The notes: generated from the sequence alone by a model not told the origin. A stretch of DNA of 64,000 nucleotides from an uncultured Oscillospiraceae bacterium (GCA_944387205.1 CALXDZ010000118.1:16309-80308); one strand, 5' to 3'; shown: positions 8,597-19,072, counted from the stretch's first letter. A program made the numbers and translations.

Positions 8597-9484
8597 TCAC
8601 TTCCTCCCGATGCCGTCCACCAGAGCCTGAAGCTCCTGGGCGGTGAACCGGTGGACCCGGTCACAGAACTGGCAGGTCAGCTCCGCGCCGCCCTGCTCCC
8701 GGATGATCTTCTCCAGCTCATCGGCTCCCAGGGAGATCAGCGCCTTGGTCACCCGCTCCCGGCTGCAGTAGCAGCGGTACTCGATGGGGCTGGTCTCCAG
8801 GATCTCCAGATCGAAGTCCGACAGCACGGTCTTGAGCATAGTCTCCGGGTCGGGATTCTTGTCCAGCAGTCCGGTGACCTGGCCGGCGGCCAGCACCCCC
8901 TGCTCCACCCGGGAGATAATATCCTCCCCCGCGCCGGGCAGCAGCTGGATGATGTAGCCTCCCGCGGCCCGGACGCTCTGGTCCCGCTCCACCAGCACCC
9001 CCAGGGCGCAGGCGGTGGGGATCTGCTCCGACTCCACAAAGTAGGCCGCCAGATCCTCGGCGATTTCTCCGCTGAGCAGCTCCACACTGCCGATATAGGG
9101 CTCCTTGAGTCCCAGGTCCCGCATGACCGTCAGTGTGCCGTCACCGCCCACGGCGGCGCCTACATTCAGTTTTCCGTCGCTGCGCAGGGGCAGATCCACC
9201 TGAGGATTCTGCACATAGCCCCGGACGTTGCCCTCGCAGTCCGACACCGCCAGGATGCTGCCCAGGGGCCCGCCGCCCTTGATCTGCAGCGTGACACTGC
9301 CCTGCTGCTCCTTCAGGGCGTTGCCCAGCATGGAGGCGGCAGCCAGGGTGCGGCTCAGGGCCGCCGTGGCCACCGGCAGGGTCTTGTGGATATTCCGGGC
9401 CCGCTCCGTCAGGTCCCGGGTGGAAACGGCCACCGCCTTCACCATACCATCGGAGGTGATGGCCCGTACCAGTTGATCACTCAT
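8597..9484 (-). CDS. hslO: Hsp33 redox-regulated chaperone
   Basis: DQLVRA start, SGEIAEDLAAYFVESEQ, CYCS...CQFC zinc centre. Confidence 0.95.
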   Translation of the reverse strand: MSDQLVRAITSDGMVKAVAVSTRDLTERARNIHKTLPVATAALSRTLAAASMLGNALKEQQGSVTLQIKGGGPLGSILAVSDCEGNVRGYVQNPQVDLPLRSDGKLNVGAAVGGDGTLTVMRDLGLKEPYIGSVELLSGEIAEDLAAYFVESEQIPTACALGVLVERDQSVRAAGGYIIQLLPGAGEDIISRVEQGVLAAGQVTGLLDKNPDPETMLKTVLSDFDLEILETSPIEYRCYCSRERVTKALISLGADELEKIIREQGGAELTCQFCDRVHRFTAQELQALVDGIGRK

Positions 9485-9491
9485 GTTGTAT

Positions 9492-10277
9492 TTACGCTCG
9501 CTTTCTTTTCTGAGTTTTTTCCGTTTGGGGCTCCAAGCCCCGGATGGCGGTGAAGATCAGGCGCTGCTCTCCGGGCGCCGGAGGCGTATGCTTCAAATCG
9601 CCCCAGACATGGATGTCCGTAAACCCGGCGGCGGTGAGCTGTTCCGTCAGTTCCTCCACAGACCAGGCCCGCTCCCGGTGCTCCTCAGTGCTGCGCTGCC
9701 ACATCTGGCCCCGGCGCTGGAAAATGTCCATACCGTAGGTGAGGATGCGGCTGCGGCGGCTGTAAGAGGCCCGCCAGACGCAATATACGTCCTCCTGCTC
9801 ATCCAAAAACACCTGGCCGTCCAGAGTCTCCATCTTCTCCACCGAGTTCACATCAAACACCAGCAGCCCGCCCGGCGCGATAAACAGGTGCAGACGTTCC
9901 AGTGTCCGCTTCAAATCCCGCAGATCGGTGAGATAGTTGATGCTGTCCAGGCAGGACACAGCGGCCTCTACGGTGCCGTAGAGGTCCAGCTTGGGCATGG
10001 TCTGATGCAAAAACAGCGGACGCTCGCCCTTCACGTTCATGGCCTTGGTCTGGGCCTGGGCCAGCATGTCCTCCGAGCCGTCCACGCCGATCATCTCATA
10101 GCCCATCTCCGCCAGCAGGCAAGTCAGCGTCCCAGTGCCGCAGGCCAGGTCCAGCACCGTGTGGACCGGCAGGCGGCTCTTTTTCAGCAGCCGGTCCAGA
10201 TACTCGGCCCGCCGGCGGTAGCCCACATCGGTGGTCAGGGCGTCATAGGACAGGGCCAAGGCCTGATAGCTGCTCAT
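9492..10277 (-). CDS. Class I SAM-dependent methyltransferase
   Basis: VLDLACGTG motif I, IGVDGSEDML, DSINY. Confidence 0.88.
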   Translation of the reverse strand: MSSYQALALSYDALTTDVGYRRRAEYLDRLLKKSRLPVHTVLDLACGTGTLTCLLAEMGYEMIGVDGSEDMLAQAQTKAMNVKGERPLFLHQTMPKLDLYGTVEAAVSCLDSINYLTDLRDLKRTLERLHLFIAPGGLLVFDVNSVEKMETLDGQVFLDEQEDVYCVWRASYSRRSRILTYGMDIFQRRGQMWQRSTEEHRERAWSVEELTEQLTAAGFTDIHVWGDLKHTPPAPGEQRLIFTAIRGLEPQTEKTQKRKRA

Positions 10278-10591
10278 TGCCCCTTCTCCTTTTTCCCGGA
10301 CTTCTGGTTTTTAATGTGTTCAAAGACCTTTTCATAGCCGCCGGCGCCGTAGCTCAAAGAGCGATTGACCCGGCTGATGGTGGCACTGGAGGCGCCGGTG
10401 CGCTCCAAAATCTCGTTGTAAATGAGCCCCTCGTCCAGTAGCTGAGCCACCTCAAAGCGCTGCTCCATGGCCCGCAGCTCTGAGACGGTGCACAGGTCCT
10501 GGAAGAAGGCATAGCACTCCTCCTCGTCCTTCAGAGTCAGAATGGCCCGGTAGAGGTTGCCGTTCTTTTCCTTCTTACCAATCTTGACCAC
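10274..10591 (-). CDS. YerC/YecD family TrpR-related repressor
   Basis: EECYAFFQDLCTVSEL...TGASSATISRVNRSLSYG signature; GTG start after AAGGAAAGGA. Confidence 0.92.
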   Translation of the reverse strand: MVKIGKKEKNGNLYRAILTLKDEEECYAFFQDLCTVSELRAMEQRFEVAQLLDEGLIYNEILERTGASSATISRVNRSLSYGAGGYEKVFEHIKNQKSGKKEKGQ

Positions 10592-10614
10592 CTTGTCACG
10601 TCCTTTCCTTGGTG

Positions 10615-10634
10615 TGCTTTACTGCTTTACAGCA
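10615..10634. promoter_or_regulatory. Putative YerC/HisR-type operator palindrome
   Basis: TGCTTTA-N6-TACAGCA overlapping a -10 (TATGCT 10636-10631; -35 TTTACT 10659-10654). Confidence 0.55.
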
Positions 10635-10761
10635 TAGCATACTACCTTATGAAAGTAAATAGCCATTCACCGCCCTGCCGCCCTTTTTCTCACCGCTCCC
10701 TGTCCCACCGCATAGATTGAGATTGACGAGGCAGAGACATAAGGGAGAAAGGCGGGCTTTC

Positions 10762-11457
10762 ATGGGTGTGGAACGACTGGAGACAGTGGAGGAGCTCCTG
10801 GAGCGGGAGTGGACAGTGGATGGGATCCCGGTGCTGTCGGCCCGGGTGTCCCTGCCCAAGCTCAAAGCGCCGGAGATGGATCGCCATCTGCGGCGGATGG
10901 ACCGGTACTACCGGCAGTTTGCCCGCAGCTATCTGCGCTACTGCGGGCGATTTCTCTTTCCCCAGGCTCAAGCGGAATTCCGGCAGGCGGCGGCCGCCGG
11001 TGCCCCTCTGCCCCACTTCACCGCCGCCATGGACTACCGTGTCACCTGGAATGAAGGCGGGGTGTGGAGCCTGTATGTTGATGCCAGGGAGCGGGGCGGA
11101 CTGCCGCTGACCATCCGGCGGGGGGATACCTGGGACCTGCACACCGGCACGCCCATTCCCCTGTCCGCCTTTTTACCCGCCAGGGCGCCGGTGCGGCGCC
11201 TTTTGACGGACCTAGCGGCCCAGGAGATCCGCCGGCAGCAAAGTGCCGGTGTGGCGGCCTATCGGGAGGACTGGCAGCGGCGGCTGCGGCGGGAGCTGTG
11301 CACCGGCAACTACTATCTCACAGCGGAGGGCATCTGTTTTTTCTATCAGATGTACGCCCTGGCCCCGGCGGCGGAGGGGACCCCGGTGTTCTGCCTGCCC
11401 TGGGGTGCCCACGGCACAGCGGCGCCCCGGACACCGGAACCGGAAGAGGCAGGCTGA
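10762..11457 (+). CDS. DUF3298/RsiV-like domain protein
   Basis: TWDLHTGTPIPLSAF and NYYLTAEGICFFYQMYALAPAAEG motifs; start trimmed to ATG 10762. Confidence 0.7.
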   Translation: MGVERLETVEELLEREWTVDGIPVLSARVSLPKLKAPEMDRHLRRMDRYYRQFARSYLRYCGRFLFPQAQAEFRQAAAAGAPLPHFTAAMDYRVTWNEGGVWSLYVDARERGGLPLTIRRGDTWDLHTGTPIPLSAFLPARAPVRRLLTDLAAQEIRRQQSAGVAAYREDWQRRLRRELCTGNYYLTAEGICFFYQMYALAPAAEGTPVFCLPWGAHGTAAPRTPEPEEAG

Positions 11458-11531
11458 GGCCCGCCTCTTCCAAGGCGTCAAAAAAGGAGAGGCAAACGCC
11501 TCTCCTCTTCTTTTTGCTGGGAAATACCCTC

Positions 11532-12044
11532 TTACAGGCGGCACACCAGTTCCTCCAGGGGCTTACGGCTGGCGTGGAGCTTGGCAGGATGGGCTCCCTC
11601 CGCCGGATAGCCCAAGGGCAGCACGGCAATGGGGATCAGATCCTTCATCTCCGGGAAGGTCTCCTGGAACTTCACCGGGTCGAACATACCCACATAGGTA
11701 GTGCCCAGACCCAGATCCGCCGCCTGGAGCATCATCTGGGTTGTGGCGATGGTGGCGTCGATCTCGCCGTGATTCTTGCCGTCGCCCTCCCGGTTCCAGG
11801 CCTCTTTGGGATCATAGGCCACCACCAGCAAAACCGGAGGATGGAAGTGGCAGAACATACAGCTGTCCGCCTTCTCCAGGGCCTCCGGACTCTGGATCAC
11901 AAAGATGCGCTGGGGCTGCAGATTGTGGGCGGTGGGCGCATTGCGGCCCGCCTCCAGAATCAGCTCCAGCTTTTCCGGCTCCACCGGACGGGCATCAAAC
12001 TTGCGCAGGGAGTAGCGCTCCTTTGCCAGCGTTTCAAAATCCAT
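11532..12044 (-). CDS. Nitroreductase family protein
   Basis: RYSLRKF, APTAHNLQP, AADLGLGT, LPLGYP. Confidence 0.92.
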   Translation of the reverse strand: MDFETLAKERYSLRKFDARPVEPEKLELILEAGRNAPTAHNLQPQRIFVIQSPEALEKADSCMFCHFHPPVLLVVAYDPKEAWNREGDGKNHGEIDATIATTQMMLQAADLGLGTTYVGMFDPVKFQETFPEMKDLIPIAVLPLGYPAEGAHPAKLHASRKPLEELVCRL

Positions 12045-12121
12045 GGCGGTTACACTTCCTTACTACTTTTAAGATGATAGAGGATTGTACCACACTTTCC
12101 CTCCCTGCGCAAGCGCCTGCC

Positions 12122-12682
12122 TCAGCTGTTCCGGTTCCAGCCCGCCTGGCCCAGGATGGCATCGCAGGCATCCCGGCGGGCGGTATCATAAAACTCAATA
12201 AACTTCAAAGAATAGATATCGCTGACGATATACCGGTCCCGGGGCTGCTGGTAAATGGTCACATAGTCATTGCCCACGTCAAAAAGGACTCCCTCCCAGG
12301 ACACCATGTTCTGGGTACCCACCAGGAAGGTGGCCACCACATAGTTGCCCTTGTAGCGGCTGAGCATAGCCTTCAGGGACCCCTTGTAGACCTCCTCCCG
12401 GGAGACAGGATTTTCAATGACCTCACTGGGGAGCCCATTGGGCATCATAGGCTGACTGGTCATACCCATGCCCCCTGTCATGGTCATCCCGCCGCTCATG
12501 TTCTGGGGGACACCGGCAACGCCGGTCTGAGGCACAGCCGTTCCCGGCATCGCCGCCCCCTGTGTATAGGGCACCACAGTCTGGCCCTGGTTTTCCAGGC
12601 GGCGGATCTCCTGAGCCCAGCCGCCGTCCGGCAGCTCCGTGGTCACCGGAGCGCTGTTGGGAATTCGATTCATCATACTCAC
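12122..12682 (-). CDS. GerQ-like spore coat protein
   Basis: Met/Gly/Pro-rich N-terminus then WEGVLFDVGNDYVTI core; immediately downstream of cwlJ-like gene. Confidence 0.6.
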   Translation of the reverse strand: MSMMNRIPNSAPVTTELPDGGWAQEIRRLENQGQTVVPYTQGAAMPGTAVPQTGVAGVPQNMSGGMTMTGGMGMTSQPMMPNGLPSEVIENPVSREEVYKGSLKAMLSRYKGNYVVATFLVGTQNMVSWEGVLFDVGNDYVTIYQQPRDRYIVSDIYSLKFIEFYDTARRDACDAILGQAGWNRNS

Positions 12683-12692
12683 TTACACCTCG

Positions 12693-13133
12693 TCAGGTCT
12701 TAAAATAGGCATCTGTAGGATTGTAAAAGCAGTGATCTCCGATGCGCGTTTGCCAATAGCCCACGTCGGAGGGAAAGAAAGAGCGGCATTTGGGCCCAAA
12801 GGGATTATAGAACCACAGAGACTCCGCCACGTCCGGCAGGCGATTGCCCGCAATGGCCCAGTCGGCGATGTCGTAGTGGATCTGCTGGGGCCGCATATTG
12901 TAGATGTTCTGCGGGTTGTAGGCCCCGCCCTCTGTTTCGCTGGCGCAGACGAACTGACCTGGCTGCATGATGATATTGCGGATGCTGCCCTGGCCTACCC
13001 GAGCATACTCTCCACCGGGAGCATTCACCCGGTTCATCACAACGCCTGCCACCGCTTTCATGCCATTCTCTCCCTCTCCGCCCGCCTCGCACTCGATCAG
13101 ACGCGCCAAGAGTTCGCGATCAGAATAAGCCAT
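12693..13133 (-). CDS. cwlJ: CwlJ/SleB-family spore cortex hydrolase
   Basis: LLARLIECEAGGEGENGMKAVAGVVMNR, LWFYNP, IGDHCFY; no signal peptide. Confidence 0.8.
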   Translation of the reverse strand: MAYSDRELLARLIECEAGGEGENGMKAVAGVVMNRVNAPGGEYARVGQGSIRNIIMQPGQFVCASETEGGAYNPQNIYNMRPQQIHYDIADWAIAGNRLPDVAESLWFYNPFGPKCRSFFPSDVGYWQTRIGDHCFYNPTDAYFKT

Positions 13134-13232
13134 ATGTCAACACACTCCTGTTGGGTGTTCCATCCTATGCCCGCCGCCTCGTCCGGGTGCAAAAAAAGAG
13201 CGGACGGTTTCGTCCGCTCTCTTTTTTTGCTT

Positions 13233-13490
13233 TTATCGTTCCGCTTTTTCCAGCATCCGCTCCAGGCCCTGGGCCAGCTGATCCGGGCAAGAGGTAGATT
13301 TGTAGCCGCAGCGGATGCCCTTGAGCTTCTCCACCGCTTCCTCTGCCCGCATTCCTTTGACCAGGCGGCTGATCCCCTGAAGATTTCCGTTGCAGCCGCC
13401 ATAAAACTCCACGTTGCGGATGATGCCATCCTCCATCTCCACATGGATGTGCTGGGAGCACACGCCCTGAGGTGTGTAATCATAAACCAT
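13233..13490 (-). CDS. Small TSCPD-domain protein (TIGR03905-like)
   Basis: GVCS...GGCNGNLQGI...CGYKSTSCPDQLA. Confidence 0.88.
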   Translation of the reverse strand: MVYDYTPQGVCSQHIHVEMEDGIIRNVEFYGGCNGNLQGISRLVKGMRAEEAVEKLKGIRCGYKSTSCPDQLAQGLERMLEKAER

Positions 13491-13576
13491 TGTGTAACTT
13501 CCTTTTTGTCAAAATTTCTGCAACTGGCAGAATATCATAAAAGGAAGCTCCTTGCAAGTCCTTTCTCTTCCTGCGC

Positions 13577-14335
13577 TCAAGCGCGGCGGCCGCTGCGCAG
13601 GCGCAGCTGCAGCCGGTCAGCGATCATAGCGATGAACTCACTGTTGGTGGGTTTTCCCTTGGTGTTGGAAACGGTATAGCCAAAGAATTTCTGCAGCGTC
13701 TCCAGATCACCCCGATCCCAGGCCACCTCAATGGCGTGGCGGATGGCTCGCTCCACCCGAGAGGGTGTGGTGGCAAAGCGCTTGGCCACTTCCGGATAAA
13801 GCACCTTGGTGACAGCATTGATCACGTCCATATCCTTCACGGCGATCAAAATGGCCTCCCGCAGGTATTGATAGCCCTTGATATGAGCGGGTACACCGAT
13901 CTCATGGATGATATCGGTGATCATATCCTCCAGCGCCGGCTCATCCAACGCCGGTAATTCCGCCTGTCCGCAGGCCCGGCGCATCCGTTCCAGCAGCGAC
14001 TCCTCCGTACAGGGCTTGGGCATGAAATAGAACACACCCAGTCCGCTGGCCTCCTGGATCACCTCGGGCCTTGCAAACGCAGAGAGCACAATGACTCTGG
14101 GTCTTGCCTCCGCCGGCAGCTCCGACAGCCGCCGCAGCACGCCCATTCCATCCAGTCCCGGCAGTACCAGGTCCATGACAACCAGGTCAGGCTTTTGCTC
14201 TCCCACCAGACGCAGCAGCTCCATGCCGTCTCCAGTGGTTCCCACCACCTGAAATTCTCCGGTCTTTTCCACCGTCTGCCGCAGCAGCGCGCGGAATTCC
14301 TCGCCAGCGTCCGCCAGTATGACTTTCTTCTCCAT
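13577..14335 (-). CDS. spo0A: Sporulation master regulator Spo0A
   Basis: Receiver domain plus [43 protein letters not shown]; start trimmed to ATG 14335. Confidence 0.97.
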   Translation of the reverse strand: MEKKVILADAGEEFRALLRQTVEKTGEFQVVGTTGDGMELLRLVGEQKPDLVVMDLVLPGLDGMGVLRRLSELPAEARPRVIVLSAFARPEVIQEASGLGVFYFMPKPCTEESLLERMRRACGQAELPALDEPALEDMITDIIHEIGVPAHIKGYQYLREAILIAVKDMDVINAVTKVLYPEVAKRFATTPSRVERAIRHAIEVAWDRGDLETLQKFFGYTVSNTKGKPTNSEFIAMIADRLQLRLRSGRRA

Positions 14336-14623
14336 ACAATCCGTTCCTTTTCCCAAAAGTAGGCGCCGCCGACCGCGCGCATTTGTCGGCGGCACCCCAC
14401 AGATTATGCCATCTTGGGAGGACTCCTCTCTCCCGTTTTTGCGACCGATTTGCGAAGCTTCATGTGTCGTTACCTATAAACTAGCATAATCGGACAGGAT
14501 TTTCAATATGGAAACTGTAATTTTTTTCCATATTATTTCGACGTTTTGCACGAAGAACCTTATGGTTTTCGGGGGAAAATAACTGTGTTCCCTCTTTTTT
14601 GACGGGCTTTTCTTCTCTTTCGG

Positions 14624-15673
14624 CTACTCGCCCCAGACAGCCTCTACCATATTTTCCAGGAAAATGCCATAGCCGCTGGTGGGGTCATTGAGGAGCACAT
14701 GGGTCACAGCTCCCACAAATTTCCCATTTTGCAAAATGGGACTTCCGGACATTCCCTGAACAATGCCGCCGGTGGTTTCCAGCAATTTGGGGTCGGTGAC
14801 AGTCAGCAGCAGATTTCGATTTCCTGTTTCTGAAAGGACTTGGGTGATCTCCACCTCATATTCCTCCACTGTGTCTCCGGCCACATTGGCCAATATGGTG
14901 GCCTTACCCTCCTGGACCTCCTCCGGCTTTGCCACGGGCAGGGCTGTTCCCAGTTCCTCCCCAAAGGCACCTGCAGGTACAGTTCCAAACACACCGCTTT
15001 CACAGTTGGTATTCAGGGTGCCCAGATCCGTTGTCAGGTCGAAGTCCCCTCGCAGCTCACCAGCCGCACCGGTCTCTCCTTTTTTTACGGCCTTCACCCG
15101 AGACGCCATGACGGCTCCCTGGGAAAGCGGCATCAGTTGTGCTGTATCCACATCGGTGATGCCATGGCCCAGCGCGCCAAAGGTGCCGCTTTGAGGATCA
15201 TAGAAGGTGACGGTCCCAATACCCGCCATACTGTCTCGTACCCAGGCACCTAAGCGGTAAGTGCCATCCTCTCCAGCCTCAGGTTCCGCAGTCAGGTCCA
15301 TAGTCTTGCCTGCCCGCTGGACGTGCAGCGTCACCGGGTCTCCGCCGGATTCCTGCAGCATGGACTGGAAGTCCTCCGTGGAGTCCACGGCACCTCCATT
15401 GCACTGCAGAATCTGGTCACCGGTTTTCAGTCCGCAGTCCTTGGCAGGGGTCTGTCCATCGGACAGCTGCACCACCAGAAGGCCTCTGGAAAACAGCTTG
15501 ATGCCTACCGTGTGGCCCACAGGCACCAGGTATTGAGGGGCGGTGTCCTCACCAAGGGTGGCAGCCTTCGCGCCGACGGTCAGTGATGACACGCTCAAAA
15601 GCAGGGCCAGGGCCAATACCAGCGCCGCCCCGCCCCGCAGCCATGGTTTCGCGTTTTTTGACGATTCATCCAT
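14624..15673 (-). CDS. spoIVB: SpoIVB peptidase (S55, PDZ)
   Basis: WVRDSMAGIGTVTF, ALGHGI, GIVQGMSGSPI; canonical position upstream of spo0A. Confidence 0.95.
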   Translation of the reverse strand: MDESSKNAKPWLRGGAALVLALALLLSVSSLTVGAKAATLGEDTAPQYLVPVGHTVGIKLFSRGLLVVQLSDGQTPAKDCGLKTGDQILQCNGGAVDSTEDFQSMLQESGGDPVTLHVQRAGKTMDLTAEPEAGEDGTYRLGAWVRDSMAGIGTVTFYDPQSGTFGALGHGITDVDTAQLMPLSQGAVMASRVKAVKKGETGAAGELRGDFDLTTDLGTLNTNCESGVFGTVPAGAFGEELGTALPVAKPEEVQEGKATILANVAGDTVEEYEVEITQVLSETGNRNLLLTVTDPKLLETTGGIVQGMSGSPILQNGKFVGAVTHVLLNDPTSGYGIFLENMVEAVWGE

Positions 15674-15888
15674 TGAATCACCCCTTTCTCAAACGCAAGC
15701 CGGCGTCGAATTCCGCCGGCAAAACTACTGTCTGCAAAATCCGGCGAAATCCCCCTTCTAAAATGCGGCAAACTTCCATGGCCAACCTTTCCTCCCGCTG
15801 AAATTCTTGAAGAAAACGCTGCGCTACCAATTAAAATCTGGGCAACCTGGAAAAAAACGGCTTTTTTCTCTCCCAATTTACCCTTCCC

Positions 15889-15944
15889 TTGACAAAAAAC
15901 GACAGATGCGGTATTCTATCAAATAGTTTGTTTCAAAACTATTT
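15889..15944 (+). promoter_or_regulatory. sigma-A promoter with palindromic operator (probable MarR site)
   Basis: TTGACA 15889-15894, 17 bp, TATTCT 15912-15917; AAATAGTTT-N6-AAACTATTT at 15921-15944. Confidence 0.7.
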
Positions 15945-15951
15945 TAGGGGG

Positions 15952-16392
15952 ATGAAATTCTTGTCGGAGTTGGAATTGCACCGCCTGCTTCTGCTGGCGT
16001 TTCATCGGTCCAACCGAGCCATTGTCACACAGACCTGCCGCTTTCCTCTTCTGCCAGGGCAGCCCAAGATCCTGGACTTTCTCTGGGGCCGGGAGGGCTG
16101 CACCCAGCGGGAGATCGGACAGGGCTGTGCCCTGGACAAATCCACTGTCACCGGTCTTTTGGCCCGGATGGAGGAGCAGGAGCTCATTCGCCGGGATACT
16201 CAGGACACGGATCGGCGGATCTCCAGGGTGTTTTTGACCGATGAAGGCCGAAAACAGGCCCAGCGGGTACGGCAGGTCTGCGCTCAGGTGGATGAACAGG
16301 CCTGGCGCGGCATTTCGGAGCGAGACCGGCAACGGACAGTGGCTGTTCTTGAGCACATCCTCCAGAATCTGGAGGAGGTGAAAAAGTCATGA
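15952..16392 (+). CDS. MarR family transcriptional regulator
   Basis: GQPKIL...TQREI...DKSTVTGLLARME...DRRISRVFLTDEG; start at ATG 15952. Confidence 0.9.
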   Translation: MKFLSELELHRLLLLAFHRSNRAIVTQTCRFPLLPGQPKILDFLWGREGCTQREIGQGCALDKSTVTGLLARMEEQELIRRDTQDTDRRISRVFLTDEGRKQAQRVRQVCAQVDEQAWRGISERDRQRTVAVLEHILQNLEEVKKS

Positions 16393-17045
16393 AACGTCAT
16401 CTTGTCATCCGGTATCTGTGGGCATTGGTGGGCATCTGCATCAACTCTCTGGGCATCGCTCTTATCACCAAGGCCGCCCTGGGTACCTCGCCCATCTCCA
16501 GTCTCCCCTATGTGCTCAGCTTCCGCTTTCCCCTGAGCCTGGGGCAGTTCACTTTTTTGATGAACCTGCTGTTTATCCTGCTGCAGATTTTGCTGCTGCG
16601 GCGAAATTTTCCGCCCATCCAGCTTTTGCAGTTGGCAGTGAATGTGATCTTCAGCGCCTGCATTGACTGGGGTATGGCGCTGCTTGCCTGGTTTGAGCCC
16701 GCCTCTCTGGTGGGAAAGCTGCTTTCTCTGCTGCTGGGCTGTGCCGTGCTGGCCCTGGGCATCAGCATCGAGGTGGCACCCGGTGTGCTGATGGTGCCCG
16801 GCGAGGGCGCTGTGAGCGCTCTGGCCCAGGTCAGCGGAAAGCGTTTCGGCATCGTCAAGATCTGCTTTGATGTCACGCTGGTGTCCATCGCATTGATACT
16901 GTCCCTCCTGTTTTTCCATCGGCTTCAGGGACTTGGGCTCGGCACGGTGGTCTCCGCGCTGCTGGTGGGACGGTTTGTGATATTCTACAACCGCTACCTG
17001 CCTTTGCTGTCCCACATTTCCTCGTTGAAAGAGGTTCCGTGCTGA
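16389..17045 (+). CDS. YczE/YyaS-like membrane protein
   Basis: KAALGTSPISSLP, PGEG, KICFD, GLGLGTVVSALLVG; start overlaps the MarR stop. Confidence 0.85.
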   Translation: MKRHLVIRYLWALVGICINSLGIALITKAALGTSPISSLPYVLSFRFPLSLGQFTFLMNLLFILLQILLLRRNFPPIQLLQLAVNVIFSACIDWGMALLAWFEPASLVGKLLSLLLGCAVLALGISIEVAPGVLMVPGEGAVSALAQVSGKRFGIVKICFDVTLVSIALILSLLFFHRLQGLGLGTVVSALLVGRFVIFYNRYLPLLSHISSLKEVPC

Positions 17046-17119
17046 TCTTAGCGACACAGCATAAAAGCCCTCTGCTTTCCCCAATCGTCAGTTGGGAAAA
17101 GCAGAGGACTTTTGCGTAT

Positions 17120-17818
17120 TCAGGACCGCTGCTCCTGCTCCACATCCACCACCGTCAGGCGACCTTTGCCCACGGTGAAGCGCACGTTGCAGCCGGCAAA
17201 GGCCATGCCGTAGACCCGCTCCGGATCGTCCTGGTAGGAGGGGCGGGGGTCCCGGGCCAAAACGGCCTGCAAAGCGCCCCGGTGGGCCTCAGGCACCCGT
17301 TCCAGCAGCATCTGGGGGAATACCACCTCCAGCGGCACTTCCTCCAGGGGCGCCGTAAAGCCCGCCAGAGCCTCCGGATGGCTGTCGGTATAGGGCAGAT
17401 AGGGCTTGATGTCAAAGATGGGCGTACCGTCCATCAGATCGGCCCCCGCCACCACCAGGGATGGCCCCTGAGGGCCCTCCCGCTCCACCTCCAGCAGCCG
17501 CACGGAGGACAGCCCGATGGGGTTGGGCCGGAAGGGGGATCGGGTGGCAAAGACGCCCATACGGGTGTTGCCCCCGAGCCGGGGCGGGCGCACCGTGGGG
17601 GACCAGGCCTTCCCCACCGCCCGGGAAAACTGCCACAGCAGCCAGACATGGGAAAAGCCCTCCAGGCCCCGCAGGGCATCGGCGTTGCGGAACTCCGGCT
17701 CAAACACCACCCGGGCTCTCAGCTCCTCCACCAGGCCGCTCTGGCGGGGGATACCGAATTTTTCAGGAAACTCACTGTGGATGCGGGCAATGATATGCAG
17801 GGGGAACGTCTCTCCCAT
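17120..17818 (-). CDS. tsaA: tRNA m6t6A37 methyltransferase TsaA/TrmO
   Basis: KFGIPRQSG, GVFATRSPFRPNPIGLS, DGTPIFDIKPY, DPRPSY. Confidence 0.92.
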   Translation of the reverse strand: MGETFPLHIIARIHSEFPEKFGIPRQSGLVEELRARVVFEPEFRNADALRGLEGFSHVWLLWQFSRAVGKAWSPTVRPPRLGGNTRMGVFATRSPFRPNPIGLSSVRLLEVEREGPQGPSLVVAGADLMDGTPIFDIKPYLPYTDSHPEALAGFTAPLEEVPLEVVFPQMLLERVPEAHRGALQAVLARDPRPSYQDDPERVYGMAFAGCNVRFTVGKGRLTVVDVEQEQRS

Positions 17819-17938
17819 GCTGACACCTCCAGACAGACTTTTGAAAAAAGGCCGGGGCGATGTGCCCCGGCCTTGCTGTTTTGTTTCTCAGGAGAACGCT
17901 TTCCCGCCGCCGATGCGGCAAAGAGGCATAGATTCTCC

Positions 17939-19072
17939 TCAGTCCTTGCGGTTGAAGATCTTGAAGATGTCGGCAAAGGGATCGTCATCCTCCGGCTCCT
18001 CGATCTTCTCCTCATCCAGGTCCAGGGGCTTGGGTGCCGCAGGAGAATTGGAGACAGGATCGTTTCCGCTCTTCTCCTTCTCCTTGCCGCTGTCCTGCAC
18101 CTTCGGCTTTCCGTTCTCCTCCTCAAAGCCGGTGGCAATGACGGTGACCCGGATCTCGTCGTCCAGTGTCTCGTCGAAGGTGGCACCGAAGATGGTGAGG
18201 GCATCGGGATGGACAGCCTGCTGGACCAGAGAGGCAGCCTGTTCCACCTCTTCCAGGCCAATATCCATGGAACCGGTGATGTTGATGAGGACACCCCGGG
18301 CGCCAGCGATGGAGGTCTCCAGCAGGGGGCTGGAAATGGCCATCTTGGCGGCCTCTTCCGCCTTGCCCTTGCCAGCCGCCCGGCCCACGCCCATGTGCGC
18401 CATGCCCGCGTTCTTCATTACCGCGGTCACGTCGGCGAAGTCCAGGTTGATAAAGCCGGTATCCCGGATCAAATCGGAGATGGACTGCACCGCCTGGCGC
18501 AGCACATCGTCGGCGATCTCAAAGGCATTGGCAAAGGTGATCTTCTGATCGGTGGCGTGCTTGAGTCGATCATTGGGGATGATGACCAGGGAGTCCACCC
18601 GGTCCTTGAGTTCCTCAATGCCTGACTCAGCGGCCCGCATCCGGCGGGCTCCTTCAAAGCCAAAGGGCTTGGTGACCACAGCCACTGTCAGGATATCCAT
18701 CTCCTTGGCGATCTCCGCCACGATGGGTGCGCCGCCGGTGCCGGTGCCGCCGCCCATGCCGGCGGTGATAAACACCATATCGGTATTCTCCAGCGCCTTG
18801 GCGATCTGGTTGCGGCTCTCCTCGGCGCTCTTACGGCCCACCTCAGGGTCAGAGCCGGCGCCCTGTCCATGGGTCAGCTTCTCGCCGATCTGGATCTTAT
18901 AGTTGGCACTGGACACATTCAGCGCCTGCTTGTCCGTATTGATGGCCACAAAATCCACGCCCTTGGCGCCGGATTTCACCATTCGGTTCACCACATTGTT
19001 TCCGCCGCCGCCAACGCCGATGACCTTGATATTGACTACGGTATCGGGACCGGTCTCCAACCCAAATGCCAT
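17939..19072 (-). CDS. ftsZ: Cell division protein FtsZ
   Basis: [15 protein letters not shown] tubulin signature, INLDFAD; start at ATG 19072. Confidence 0.98.
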   Translation of the reverse strand: MAFGLETGPDTVVNIKVIGVGGGGNNVVNRMVKSGAKGVDFVAINTDKQALNVSSANYKIQIGEKLTHGQGAGSDPEVGRKSAEESRNQIAKALENTDMVFITAGMGGGTGTGGAPIVAEIAKEMDILTVAVVTKPFGFEGARRMRAAESGIEELKDRVDSLVIIPNDRLKHATDQKITFANAFEIADDVLRQAVQSISDLIRDTGFINLDFADVTAVMKNAGMAHMGVGRAAGKGKAEEAAKMAISSPLLETSIAGARGVLINITGSMDIGLEEVEQAASLVQQAVHPDALTIFGATFDETLDDEIRVTVIATGFEEENGKPKVQDSGKEKEKSGNDPVSNSPAAPKPLDLDEEKIEEPEDDDPFADIFKIFNRKD

